From: Ophelia neglecta
Lineage: Eukaryota
Length of the DNA stretch: 64,000 nucleotides
Assembly: GCA_965285935.1 (NCBI GenBank)
Contig: OZ260664.1
Coordinates: forward strand, 70,556,001-70,620,000
Direction: 5' to 3'
The position numbers were made by a program, and so were the translations under genes. Positions 11,900-25,210 of this stretch are shown piece after piece. The stretch's first letter is position 1. Each line of letters opens with the position of its first letter. The notes beneath the pieces are model-generated. The model did no database searches, was not told where the DNA came from, and saw nothing but the letters and a program-made list of their open reading frames with translations.

Positions 11900-13275
11900 T
11901 CAAGACTATGTATTATACTGGTCCAGACTGTGTGATATACTGGTCCAGATTATATGATATACTGGTACAGGGCATGTGATATACTGGACCAGACTACATG
12001 ATATACTGGTACAGGGCCTGTGATATACTGGACCAGACTACATGATATACTGGTACAGGGCATGTGATATACTGGACCAGACTACATGATATACTGGTAC
12101 AGGGCCTGTGATATACTGGACCAGACTACATGATATACTGGTACAGGGCCTGTGATACACTGGACCAGACTACATGATATACTGGTACAGGGCCTGTGAT
12201 ATACTGGACCAGACTACATGATATACTGGTACAGGGCCTGTGATATACTGGACCAGACTACATGATATACTGGTACAGGGCATGTGATATACTGGACCAG
12301 ACTACATGATATACTGGACCAGACTACATGATATACTGGTACAGGGCCTGTGATATACTGGACCAGACTACATGATATACTGGTACAGGGCCTGTGATAT
12401 ACTGGACCAGACTACATGATATACTGGTACAGGGCATGTGATATACTGGACCAGACTACATGATATACTGGTACAAGGGCCTGTGATATACTGGACCAGA
12501 ATTCATGATATACTGGTACGGGGCATGTGATATACTGGACCAGACTACATGATATACTGGTGCAGGGCCTGTGATATACTAGACCAGACTACATGATATA
12601 CTGGTACAGGGCATGTGATATACTGGACCAGACTATATGATATACTGGTACAGGGCATGTGATATACAGGACCAGACTACATGATATACTGGTACAGGGC
12701 ATGTGATATACTGGACCAGACTACATGATATACTGGCATAGGGCATGTAATATACTGGACCAGACTACATGATATACTGGTACAGGGCATGTAATATACT
12801 GGACCAGACTACATGATATACTGGTACAGGGCCTGTGATATACTGGACCAGACTACATGATATACTGGTACAGGGCATGTGATATACTGGACCAGACTAC
12901 ATGATATACTGGCACAGGGCATGTAATATATTGGACCAGACTATATGATATACTGGTATAGGGCCTGTGATATACTGGACCAGACTACATGATATACTGG
13001 TACAGGGCCTGTGATACACTGGACCAGACTACATGATATACTGGTACAGGGCATGTGATATACTGGACCAGACTACATGATATACTGGTACAGGGCATGT
13101 GATATACTAGACCAGACTACATGATATACTGGTACAGGGCATGTGATATACTGGACCAGACTATATGATATACTGGTACAGGGCATGTGATATACTGGAC
13201 CAGACTACATGATATACTGGTACAGGGCATGTGATATACTGGACCAGACTATATGATAATATACAGGTATAGGCC
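11900..13275. repeat. 44-bp dimeric (2x22) minisatellite, about 30 copies
   Basis: gatatactggaccagactacat + gatatactggtacagggcatgt. Confidence 0.97.
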
Positions 13276-14511
13276 CAGTGATATTCCGGTCCAGGACATT
13301 TCATATTCAGGTCCAGGTCAACTGCAGTCACCAAAGACAATTCTGTTCCAGACAATGTAATTTGATGGGCACCTAACATTCTCTTGTTCGTATTACACAA
13401 AATGTATTGGGGTGTGGAATAGGGTTAGGGGGGGGGGGGTAATATATTGAGATATTACTCCTCAATACAGCCACTACCAGAGTAGCCATACTACTTTGTG
13501 TCATGCTTTTGCATCCTTTAAACAAGTTTACAAGCAATCTATCATCATATAGGAGATGTAACCCAACACCGAAGCAGACACATGGGGCCTGGGGGAACAG
13601 TCAACAGGCCCGGAGTGTGCCAGTGTTTACAGACAAGTCACCAGGCCCTGCCAGGGTGTTATGTACAGACAAGTCTACAACCCCCCCCCCCCCCCCCAGA
13701 TTCAGATTTTGGGGGTTTAATGATACAAAAATAAACACCATGTAGGCCATTTAGTGACTCCTTATACCACCAGCTATCACATCAGCTCAGAATATGAGAC
13801 AGTAATTATATGCCTTGAAGGAGGAGACATTCTCCTTATGTCACTGGATAAAATTCTACTGGCCTACCCAACATCAGTTGTTAAGAAATGGTGTTTAACT
13901 ATCTTTAAAAACCCATCCTTGAACCTCAAAAAATGCCTTCTGGCAGCCTCAATTTCAACATGTGTACAGCCACTATCATGTACAATAGCTCATCAGGGAT
14001 CTGACCTCTTTAACAGATCACTTTGACCTAAATAAAACCCTAACTTAGAGCCTCACACAACCTTAACATAATCCTTCTCAAGTGAACTACAGCTCCACCT
14101 CTAGCCGGTCATAAAAGCCTTGTCGGTCTAATTGTTTGAGAAAGAGTCAGGTTTAGCTCAAAAAATACATATTCCACATCTGGCTTTGATTACTGGCAAA
14201 TGCAGTGGCAATACAAAAAGTGTGGCAATACACTTAAATAAAGCAGCCCAAGTGTCAGGTCTGCCTTGATTGCTATGGAGGTTGCCACAGCCAATGTGCA
14301 GTTGTCAAGTTCAACTGGCTAAAAAAAAAACATGTTAACAGATATAAATATTAAACTGCTGTGACAGGCAGGGCCTGAATGGATGGGCATGTTACAACAG
14401 ATCAGTTTATACCCACTGACACTCCTAACACAAGAGCACAAACTGTAAAAACATTTACAGCCTAGGTAACAAACTCCAAGAATCATAGCGTGGGCGTTGT
14501 AAGACCTCATC

Positions 14512-15615
14512 GGGAGTGTTTCTCGGTGTTTGTCAGACTCACTGTGAGTGTTTCTCGGTGTTTGTCAGACTCACTGTGAGTGTTTCTCAGTGTTTCTCAG
14601 ACTCACTCTGAGTGTTTCTGAGACTCCCTGGGATTGTTTCTCAGTGTTTGTCAGACTCCCTGGGAGTTTTTCTGAGACTCCCTGGGAGTGTTTCTCAGTG
14701 TTTGTCAGACTCCCTGGGAGTGTTTCTTAGTGTTTTTCAGACTCACTCTGAGTGTTTCTGAGACTCCCTGGGAGTGTTTCCCAGTGTTTGTCAGACTCAC
14801 TCTGAGTGTTTCTCAGTGTTTGTCAGACTCACTGTGAGTATTTCTCAAAGTTTTTTAGACTCACTGTGAGTGTTTCTCAGTGTTTGTCAGACTCACTGTG
14901 AGTATTTCTCAAAGTTTGTCAGACTCACTGTGAGTATTTCTCAAAGTTTGTCAGACTCACTGTGAGTGTTTCTCAGTGTTTTTCAGACTCACTCTGAGTG
15001 TTTCTGAGACTCACTGTGAGTGTTTCTCAGTGTTGTCAGACTCACTGTGAGTATTTCTCAAAGTTTGTCAGACTCACTCGGAGTGTTTCCCAGTGTTTTT
15101 CAGACTCACTCTGAGTGTTTTTGAGACTCACTGTGAGTGTTTCTCAGTGTTTGTCAGACTCACTGTGAGTGTTTCTCAGTGCTTGTCAGACTCACTGTGA
15201 GTATTTCTCAAAGTTTGTCAGACTCACTTTGAGTGTTTCTCAGTGTTTTTCAGACTCACTCTGAGTGATTCTGAGACTCCCTGTGAGTGTTTCTCAGTGT
15301 TTGTCAAGACTCACTCTGAATGTTTCCCAGTGTTTGTCAGACTCACTGTGAGTATTTCTCAGTGTTTGTCAGACTCACTGTGAGTGTTTCTCAGTGTTTT
15401 TCAGACTCACTCTGAGTGTTTCTGAGACTCCCTGGGAGTGTTTCTCAGTGTTTGTCAAGACTCACTCTGAATGTTTCCCAGTGTTTGTCAGACTCACTGT
15501 GAGTATTTCTCAGTGTTTGTCAGACTCACTGTGAGTGTTTCTCAGTGTTTTTCAGACTCACTCTGAGTGTTTCTGAGACTCCCTGGGAGTGTTTCTCAGT
15601 GTTTCTCAGACTCCC
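14512..15615. repeat. 32-bp (with 22-bp variant) minisatellite with palindromic core
   Basis: Unit gagtgtttctcagtgtttgtcagactcactgt; core actcac-t-gtgagt. Confidence 0.95.
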
Positions 15616-18600
15616 GGGACCACTCTGCAAGTGTTGCTCACACCCTGAGTGGCTCATTTTGGTTTTCTGTTGCCACATTGACTTGGACTTAGTTTTTATT
15701 GTAGACAATGGTTGATATCAGTGACTTTCTGGACACAAGCCATGTCAATTCCCCAATCCACAGGAGTGTTCTTACATTGAATTACCATTATATCAGCCAA
15801 CCATTGTGAGCATATATTCCACTTACGCCAGAAAGCTATTGACCTGGGTTAGTAATAATCCAATGAACAATGAAGCTGATAAACAATGAAGCGGCTCAAG
15901 CCTTTAAATATTTTGCCTGGGTATACAGACATTGTTTCATTTAAAACTTACAGATATATGAGAACAACTGGGTATATCATTATCTGATGTGGTATTGCCA
16001 GACACTACCCTTTGGTCCTATTCTTACCACCTCATGAGATATGTCAATGCACATCACATGGGGGAAACACACACCTAGATTTTAATGAGAGAATACAACA
16101 AAATCTCAGGCAATATACACACAGGTGAACTGTACAGAGGTGAGATCCAGACTCTAGAAATGCTACCCAATCCCATGCCACCAGTCCTGCCATCACCGGG
16201 AGATTATGGTAGCATTACTCATCCACGGCTTATTAGCCATATGAACCACTTTCCTTGGATTTGAACTGAACAACCCCCCCCCCTGGATGTCCCCTAAACC
16301 CCCTGGATGTACCCTAGCCCCCTGGATGTATCCTAACCCCCCTGGTTCTTCCGTGTTCCGCTGGATCTCCTCAGCCAGGAATGGAGCTTTATGATCCTAC
16401 AGATGGTTTAACCAGTCGCTACATCCTGCTACATGTTACTTGGGGCTGGCAGCAAATTGTTCACCTAGGCAGCTGTATTGATGAAGACAGTTTTTCAACC
16501 AGCCATAGGTCCAGGCTGGACTTAGTGCAATCCAATATCTAGTCTTTCATTGGCCTTGTAAATCATCTAATCACAGTGAATATTGTCGGCTAAAAGTGCC
16601 GGTAAATGCTGCCATTTTAAACCATTGGACCCTTGTCATGGTACAAAGTACTAGACATTGTTTACCTTGTGTGATATTTTATGAAATTAAGGACCATCTT
16701 GGAATAAGTATCTTATAAGACCCTTTTTGCCATAGCCCTGTATATAGAAGTTACCCATTACTAGTGCCAAATGTTCTTCAAAATAGTCAAATTAAACTAC
16801 ATTAATAATTGGAAGCATTACTCTATTAACACATCCTAACTATGCATTTACCCTTATTATTTTCTTTAAGGCAATTTTTAATTAATGAATATAGAGCTTT
16901 CAACCATTTACCCCCCCCCCCCCCTCCCCTCCCTCAAGGCAGTGCAGACAACAAACAAAACAGATCTGTCCAGACTTGTGAGTTAAGAGAAGAAAACAGA
17001 TCTGACACAAATGCCATGAAAACCATACTTTTAGGTTAGGGCTATATAGCAGGATAAAGCTGCCTAGTCATCCACAGTTTTTCCTTTATTTATTGACAAT
17101 GGTTTTCCCTTGACTCCATATAGCTTACTAGTCACAAAACACCCGCGGCAGGGCTTCATGACTATCAAACACACTCCATTATCACTCACCATAAGCTAGG
17201 CCTTCTTTACAACATAGCAAAATTAACCACTTTTACAGGCACCATTTTAAGTCATTAATTATTATTTTTACCATCTACACCTAACACGGTTGACAGAATT
17301 AGACTTCTACCAATGCTCCAAATGCGAGTTTCTGAAGAAAAACATTGCATGCCCCAAAGTGCACCCAAGGTTAAAGCAGGCAGTCTAAAACACCCTTCAG
17401 ACTGCCAACGTATGATGAATCATGGCATATGTCAGGAAACTGTACCACCGATGTAAATAGTTATAAAAATAAACCCTCCACATGTAAGCTAGAATCCTAA
17501 CTAGATGTACAACTCGCTTGCCTACCCCTTGAAGATGGTCTAGTCTACAGCCACTATTTCAGGGTTTAGGATTTTCCTGAAACCCATGTACGGTTGAGGT
17601 CATGTCCCACTTCCTAGTGTCAGCTCATCAAACATTAATTGGTCATCATAATCTTGATAATAATAGATAGCAATTAGTAATGAATATCTCTATTTGTTTG
17701 AAATAATATGCAACTAATGTTCAATTCAAACATAACAAGGTTTAGAGAATTTCAACAAGGCTATATATGTTTTATTTCTTGTAAATAGAACCTATGTAAA
17801 TAGAATCTTGCATCACCAAGTCTTGTCATAATTTTCAATATTGAACAAGTCCACATCAAGTATTCCCGAGTAACAATGATACACTATCAGTGAGCGACCT
17901 TCTTTATCTCAGGTTTGACTGTCACCTTATCCCCCCCACTGGTAGCTGTATTTCTATGACCAGAAATAACTTGACACTCTATTTGCACTTCATGTACCTA
18001 GCCCAATTTCAAATGAAAGTCACTGTATTGAACCAAAGGCCTTGACATATTTTTTATTTTTACAAACTAGACCTGCCTGTACCTCTGAGTAGTTATAAAT
18101 GTCATATACGTGCCACTTCCCTGCATCACTAGCTAAAAACAACCATCTTATTTACATATCCCCTACAGTGGAAAATCTTGAGTTTAGGTTTATTGACATA
18201 ATTGCTACAATGACTGGGTGGTTTTGCCGCTAATTCCCATGATAGTCTGCTTTACAACTAGGTAAATGTCCTCATTACTGCCATTTAGGAAATAACATCT
18301 CCATTAGTTGAAATCCATCAAGGCCAATTTAATGAAATTATACTGCTAGGTTTTATATGAAATTAATCATTGATGTTGAGCCTTGGACTCTAGGGACCTC
18401 ATGATCAGCACACAGCTATTTTAAACCCGATACTTCACAAGGACAAAAACGAGTAGATTATGCAATCAATAACAACTGGTAAATTGAATCTAAAAAATCA
18501 GTTCTAAATATCATTTGATATTGTCTTCGGTAATAATTAGGCAAGAATGAACATGAATTTAAATATACCAGGTAGTCCAAGTATACTGCCTTTCATCATG

Positions 18601-18814
18601 AGAAACCTTAGCAAAACAATGTCAAAATAAAAACAGTCTTGGCCTCATTTTGTAGTTTTAAGCCTTTGACAGGTGCTTCAGGAATACTTAAAACCAGTTA
18701 TTAATGTAATATGAGTGTGTTGCCATAGCCACAGAGTAAACCTGTTTGGGAAAAACCAGGTGATTACTGGGTGATAGCAGGTGTAATAATGATACATCTA
18801 CCAGCTGATACATA

Positions 18815-19150
18815 AACCAGACCATCATGGCTCTCAAATACCACACCAAAATATCAACCAGATCCATCATGGCTCTCTCATAGCACACCAAAATATCAAC
18901 CAGACCATCATGGCTCTCTCATAGCACACCAAAATATCAACCAGACCATCATGGCTCTCTCATACCACACCAAAATATCAACCAGACCATCATGGCTCTC
19001 TCATACCACACCAAAATATCAACCAGACCATCATGGCTCTCTCATACCACACCAAAATATCAACCAGACCATCATGGCTCTCTCATACCACACCAAAATA
19101 TCAACCAGACCATCACAACCCTTTCATACCACACCCAGATATCAACCGGA
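18815..19150. repeat. 41-bp minisatellite, about 8 copies
   Basis: Unit accagaccatcatggctctctcataccacaccaaaatatca. Confidence 0.93.
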
Positions 19151-19188
19151 CGATCAGGGCCCTCTCACCCAACACCTAACACCAAATT

Positions 19189-20207
19189 TACCACTGTGCA
19201 CCTGGATCACAATATACCACTGTAATATACGGCTGTACACCTGGATCACCATATACCACTGTAATATACCACTGTACACCTGGATCACAATATACCACTG
19301 TAATATACCACTGTACACCTGGATCACAATATACCGCTGTAATATACGGCTGTACACCTGGATCACAATATACCACTGTAATATACGGCTGTACACCTGG
19401 ATCACAATATACCCCTGTAATATACGACTGTACACCTGGATCACAATATACCCCTGTTATATACGGCTGTACACCTGGATCACAATATACCCCTGTAATA
19501 TACGACTGTACACCTGGATCACAATATACCCCTGTAATATACGGCTGTACACCTGGATCACAATATACCACTGTAATATACCACTGTACACCTGGATCAC
19601 AATATACCACTGTAATATACCACTGTACACCTGGATCACAATATACCACTGTAATATACCACTGTACACCTGGATCACAATATACCACTGTAATATACCA
19701 CTGTACACCTGGATCACAATATACCCCTGTAATATACGGCTGTACACCTGGATCACAATATTCCACTGTAATATACCACTGTACACCTGGATCACAATAT
19801 ACCCCTGTTATATACGGCTGTACATCTGGATCACAATATACCCCTGTAATATACGGCTGTACACCTGGATCACAATATACCCCTGTAATATACGGCTGTA
19901 CACCAGGATCACAATATACCACTGTAATATACCACTGTACACCTGGATCACAATATACCCCTGTAATATACCACTGTACACCTGGATCACAATATACCCC
20001 TGTAATATACCACTGTACACCTGGATCACAATATACCACTGTAATATACCACTGTACACCTGGATCACAATATACCACTGTAAAATACCACTGTACACCT
20101 GGATCACAATATACCCCTGTAATATACGGAAGTACACCTGGATGACAATATACCACTGTAATATACGGCTGTACACCTGGATCACAATATACCACTGTAA
20201 TATACCA
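19189..20207. repeat. 39-bp minisatellite, about 26 copies
   Basis: Unit ctgtacacctggatcacaatataccactgtaatatac(gg/ca); produces spurious 13-aa-periodic ORFs on both strands. Confidence 0.97.
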
Positions 20208-20492
20208 CGGCTGCCCTCTGCTACAGAAGCACTCTACTATAGAAGCCCTTTACTACGGCAGCCCTCTACTGCATCGACCTAAAGCAAAGCAGCGCTTTAA
20301 TGCATCAACCCTCTTCTAACACAGCTCTACTACAGCAGCCCTATCCTACCACAGCCCTTTTCTTCAGCAGCCCTATACTGCCAAAACCCTCTAATACAGC
20401 AGCCCTATACTACAGCAGCCCTTTAATACAGCAGCCTTTTAATTCAGCAGCCCTCTACTATGGCAGCCCTATACTACAGAAGCCCTCTACTA
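20208..20492. repeat. degenerate short tandem repeat (roughly 17-18 bp)
   Basis: Recurring tactacagcagccct. Confidence 0.65.
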
Positions 20493-20928
20493 TGGGCTTC
20501 CAGACCTTCTGAAACAATAAAGGGAAGGGAGCATTTACTGATCCCAGTGTCAAATCCATGGAAAATTAATATAGAGACATGACACAGTCATAGCAGTGAC
20601 ACAATCACAGTGGTCACAGTCCCAGCTCAATGACTGAGGATCAGATAAACAAACATTAAATACATAAAGACACTAGGTGTCACATTCCTAGATGTCAACC
20701 TGCTGAACAACTCCCCATAGCATGCCATTTAAACCTACAACTTGTCCTATAAACCTTACATTATCACCCAGTAACTCCCCAGAGACCCTGATGCTAGCCA
20801 CTATAATCTATGTAGACCAATATCAGTATAAACAGGCAGTATAAACTAGCGGAATGACTGATTATTACATCACAAATATACTAAAGATCTCAGTTAGTAG
20901 ACTTCACAGATAACAGACAAGTACTCAC

Positions 20929-20960
20929 CTAGGTACTAAACGCTCCAAATCAAACAGCAT
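20929..20960 (-). CDS. coding part of a putative alternative first exon of AFF (MLFDLERLVP, phase 2 out)
   Basis: accaccATG context; donor AG|gtgagt at 20929/20928; splices in frame onto 11294. In-frame TGA at 20990-20988 and no AG between it and the ATG, so it cannot be an internal coding exon. Confidence 0.55.
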
Positions 20961-21254
20961 GGTGGTTTGGTGGATGTAAACACAGAATCAACACATGTAA
21001 GCTGCCCCAAGCCACATGGCCTCCCACAGCCCTGCACCTCACACAGAGAGGCCACTCCAACACAATGGCTGCTCTCCTGGCTAGCCTTCACAACTCATAT
21101 CTCCCTGGTTTGTAACTTATATCCTCAACACAAACACAGAGTATCCCCTAATCTGTCCCAGTCATTGACTTGTCCCCAGACTAGTAACTAGCCCCTTGAC
21201 TAGCCCTGTATAAGTTAACCATGTAAATAAAGGTATGATTATTCCCACTGAATT

Positions 21255-21550
21255 GCCCAATGTCTTGACGCACTATAATTATGGCAGTAGTAGCATTATG
21301 TGCAGCTTGATTGCGTCAAGGCAGAGAGCATGTGCGCATTGTGTGCAGTGAGTGGGGGGCTCCCCAGCTCTCACACGGCTCTCACACGGCTCTCACACGG
21401 GGAGAGAATCCTGACTCTGGATTGTGTTGCTGGCATCAATAGCCGCCTGCCCAACAATCGATAAACGCCTGGCTTGGCCCCTCTGGCTCCATCGATCACT
21501 CCTAGCCTACTTAATAATTTAACATGACTTAATCAGCCTGCGTCAGCCTA
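21255..21550 (-). promoter_or_regulatory. putative internal promoter/enhancer upstream of the alternative first exon
   Basis: Locally CpG-retaining unique sequence. Three TGACGCA sites (21266-21272, 21312-21318, 21539-21545); the middle one reads TGACGCAAT on the minus strand (C/EBP-ATF composite type). TGCGCA at 21333-21338; 3x ctctcacacgg at 21368-21400. Confidence 0.4.
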
Positions 21551-21929
21551 CAAGTGACTGTCTTGGAGTGGCCAGTATTGTGGTGCACTGCTGACTGCCT
21601 GTAACCATGATTTAACTGATTTGACAATGTCTTTGATGAAGGTTGTAGAACCTGTCTCCAAAATAAAAGGGGCAGACTGGGACAAACCGAGGTGAGATTC
21701 TCTACCAAAACAGATCTCTCAATTAATATAAATCTCACTGTTTTGTGGGCTGCTGGTCCTTATCAAGGGTTGCTGTTAGAGGGGACAGGAATTCTTTGAT
21801 ATAATGGCAGCTTCTAATTGAATGGTAAACTTTAGGATTAGAAGGCAATACAATTCCGTTTCAGTTTTTTACCTGCCAGCCTTCAGAATTCTGATCACCT
21901 ACCTTAAGTGGTTAACTCTAAGGTGGTAC

Positions 21930-22371
21930 TCCCATCCAAATAACCACCCCCTAGTCCAAGTCAAGACCTCGGCCAGCTATGAGCCTACACCCAGCCAAAT
22001 AACCACCCCCTAGTCCAAGTCAAGACCTCGGCCAGCTTTTAGCCTACACCCAGCCAAATAACCACTCCTAGTCAAAGTCAGACCTCAGCCAGCTTTTAGC
22101 CTACACCCAGCCTAATAACCACCCCCTAGTCCAAGTCATTCCTCAGCCAGCTTTTAGCCTACTCCCATCCAAATAACCACCCCCTAGTCCAAGTCAAGAC
22201 CTCGGCCAGCTATGAGCCTACACCCAGCCAAATAACCACTCCTAGTCCAAGTCAAGACCTCGGCCAGCTATGAGCCTACACCCAGCCAAATAACCACCCC
22301 TAGTCTAAGTCAGACCTCAGCCAGCTTTTAGCCTACACCCAGCCTAATAACCATCCCCTAGTCAAAGTCAG
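21930..22371. repeat. about 60-bp minisatellite, about 7 copies
   Basis: ccaaataaccaccccctagtccaagtcaagacctcggccagctatgagcctacacccag repeated. Confidence 0.93.
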
Positions 22372-25210
22372 GGGGAACTTGAATCAAATAGATATCAGCT
22401 AAAGGAAATCTAGTTTGCTGGATGACAAAATAACCCAAGGGAATTTAATGCACACTTTAAATATTGAGAGGGGGAGGCAAAAACCCACAGGTGAAAGAAT
22501 GTGACGAAAAAGACAGTTGAGGTATTGTCGAGGACGAGTATGGCTTGTTAAAATGTACACTGGAGTGTAACAGAAAAGAACCTAATGAAGCCGGTAGGTA
22601 AACACCAGGAAGCACCTTGTATGGATGTTTACTGGTGTAAAGGACAAACTGTTGTAACAGTTGTGTACTTAAACCCTTGAAAGATGAAATCCATTTATAT
22701 GGTAGGACATCCACTCTTCAGATCCATGAATGACATAAGCTTTTAATAAGAGGCATTGTAAATACTGCCCTGATCATATCCCAGCTTCATGATAGGGTAA
22801 ACTTGGTAAGATTTAAATTGTTCTGCAAATATTATGATCTTAATTTGACATAATATATTGATTAATGGATAACTTGGTATTTGAAATATCCAATTTGTAC
22901 AGATACACTTGTATAATAAGTAGTATTAAAAAGTCATATAGTAGTTTTCTAATAGTAGTAGTCTTGTCAGTGTCATTTGTAACAAAATATCTATTAAATG
23001 TATAACTCATACATGCAGACAATCAAGCCTTAAAACAACCTAGGTGGTAAGCACCCCCCCCCCCCCCTTCCCCATTCCTAGCAACAGGCTGGTACCTTGG
23101 TACATAAGAACTCATCTACCTCCCCATTTTGCCCCCCACCTTACGCCCCCATCCCCCTGCTCAGACCAGCTACTTTCAGCTCAGAAAGACCCCCTCTGCC
23201 CCCACCTCACGCCCCAACTCCCCGGGCTCGGACCCGCCACTTGCAGCTACTACCTCCCCCTGCAGGCTCCTCTCGAAGGTCAGGTTCGGGCCACCCCCCT
23301 GAGGCAGTCATACCACACAGTACATGCCTGGTCACACCTGACATGTCCACGAGCAGCACACAAAGGATCCTTCCCAGGCTTAGTCCACTATAATTAAACC
23401 CCTGAAAGGGCCCATTAACACACCTGCCTTGATGTGTCCAATCACAGAAGCTACTTCAGACAGTAAGTAGATGTAGTCTGGCAGGTCACAAGCCATTACA
23501 ACCGTCTCCCATCACATGCCAGACAGAACACCCAACATTTATACTTCCTACTGACAACAATGCTGATCAGCTGTCACTCTTAACAGTGCCAGTGTGTCAG
23601 TGGGTCCATGGATAAGCACTCTCCCCCACCATTCTCAGCTCTCATTTGTACAACACATTCAAGAGACAGTCCCGACTGCACTCCTCCCACTCTAAACTTA
23701 AATCATTAAATACAATTAGTTGACTCACAAGTCCATCCTAATAGTAAATTAAGGTTTTATTACCTGATTTCAACATATTAAGAGGTAAGGAATGTCAAGT
23801 GCCCTACTGATGTTCCCACACTAAGAGATAAAACCTTACTGACAGACCGATGCCAAGCAAGAAATGAACAAGTCTTAAACCAAATATAAAATGCTTCTGA
23901 ATGTAAATCATGACTGACAAGTCCTGTACAAGGCAGACACATTAAACATCCAGTAGACTACATCTATTTGTGGACGGTTTTATACTGAACTAGTGCAGCA
24001 AAAAGCAAGCCAGGGATCTGTACTACCAGACATGTTGTACTCCTACTCTATTTATTTTATAATATTCACACTAATGGTTTCCCCAAAAACTTCTCTCTGC
24101 CCTCTGCTTTAGGCAGCGATGTGGCCCACAACATCAAAAGCCAAAATTTCAAGACTATCTTCACTTCAAAAGTCGTAAGTTTGTGGCATGTAAATTTTGA
24201 GGTTTTTCTGGAGACTTCATTTTTGGATTTCAACTTAATAATCAAAGATAGTATCCCTGCTACATAGTAAAGGCTATGTGTTCACTCTGCAGCCTGTTTA
24301 ATAGTCAAAGATACTTTCCCTGGTACATAGTAAAGGCTATGTGTTGTTGTTGCCTGTTTTGGATAAAGCAGTTGGCCAGCACTGTCAGCTTGGAAGTTGT
24401 GCAATATTTTAATTTAAATGTATTATGTGGTTCATGAAGCCATGTAGTATACTGTGGTATCCTTCAGCTCCAGGATTTCCACCCGTACCTAGTCCTGAAC
24501 CTGGAATACCCATATGGCCCCCATTCCACAGGCTAAATAGCTTTTCCCTGGTCCTCTACTTCATCATTTATGAAAATATTTAGTATATAGCTGGTAATAC
24601 ATACCCTCTGGTAAGAACAGGTCAAACTAATATCAAATATGATCAATCTCTTTAAGTTAAATGGATATTTGAAAACTATCAATATACTCAGTAAATACCT
24701 TCCTGGAATTCACAAAAATGATAAATCCCACTATTAATTCATACTTGTTTAAAAAACTCACTTCTCCCATGACATGTAGCATGAAATGTGGGAAATCTAA
24801 TATAATAATTGAGGATTACTGCATTTTTACAGTAAGAAAACTGGCTGATATGTCTAATTTGATGATTGTACTGCCAGGCTCTGTCTGAAGATCACAATCA
24901 GGTGAAAGGGGCATTCCTAGGCAGGATTCTCTACATGGTTAAGGTGAACTACTCAGTCTAAGGAAGTTCTTATACCCAGCAGCCATGGGAGAGGAAGAGG
25001 GTCATTTGTTTTCTGGAATTTCTCAGACACTGTTTTATTAATATTGGTCGGATGTGGTTTTATTCTATTTCATTTATAATCATGACTTATACATATACTG
25101 TTTTTCTGAAAACCTAAGCACAACTATATTTATACATGAAAAGTAATAACCCTTCTAAGTATGTCTGTGTTAACCGAGTCGTTACTGTAAAGCCTATGTA
25201 TACAGACAAT

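Noticed and set aside
18951-20282. 443-aa and 335-aa periodic ORFs (YTWITIYHCNI / VYCDPGVQ)
   Set aside because: Translations of a 39-bp minisatellite; the unit length is a multiple of 3, it is open on both strands, and it is intronic with no gene structure.
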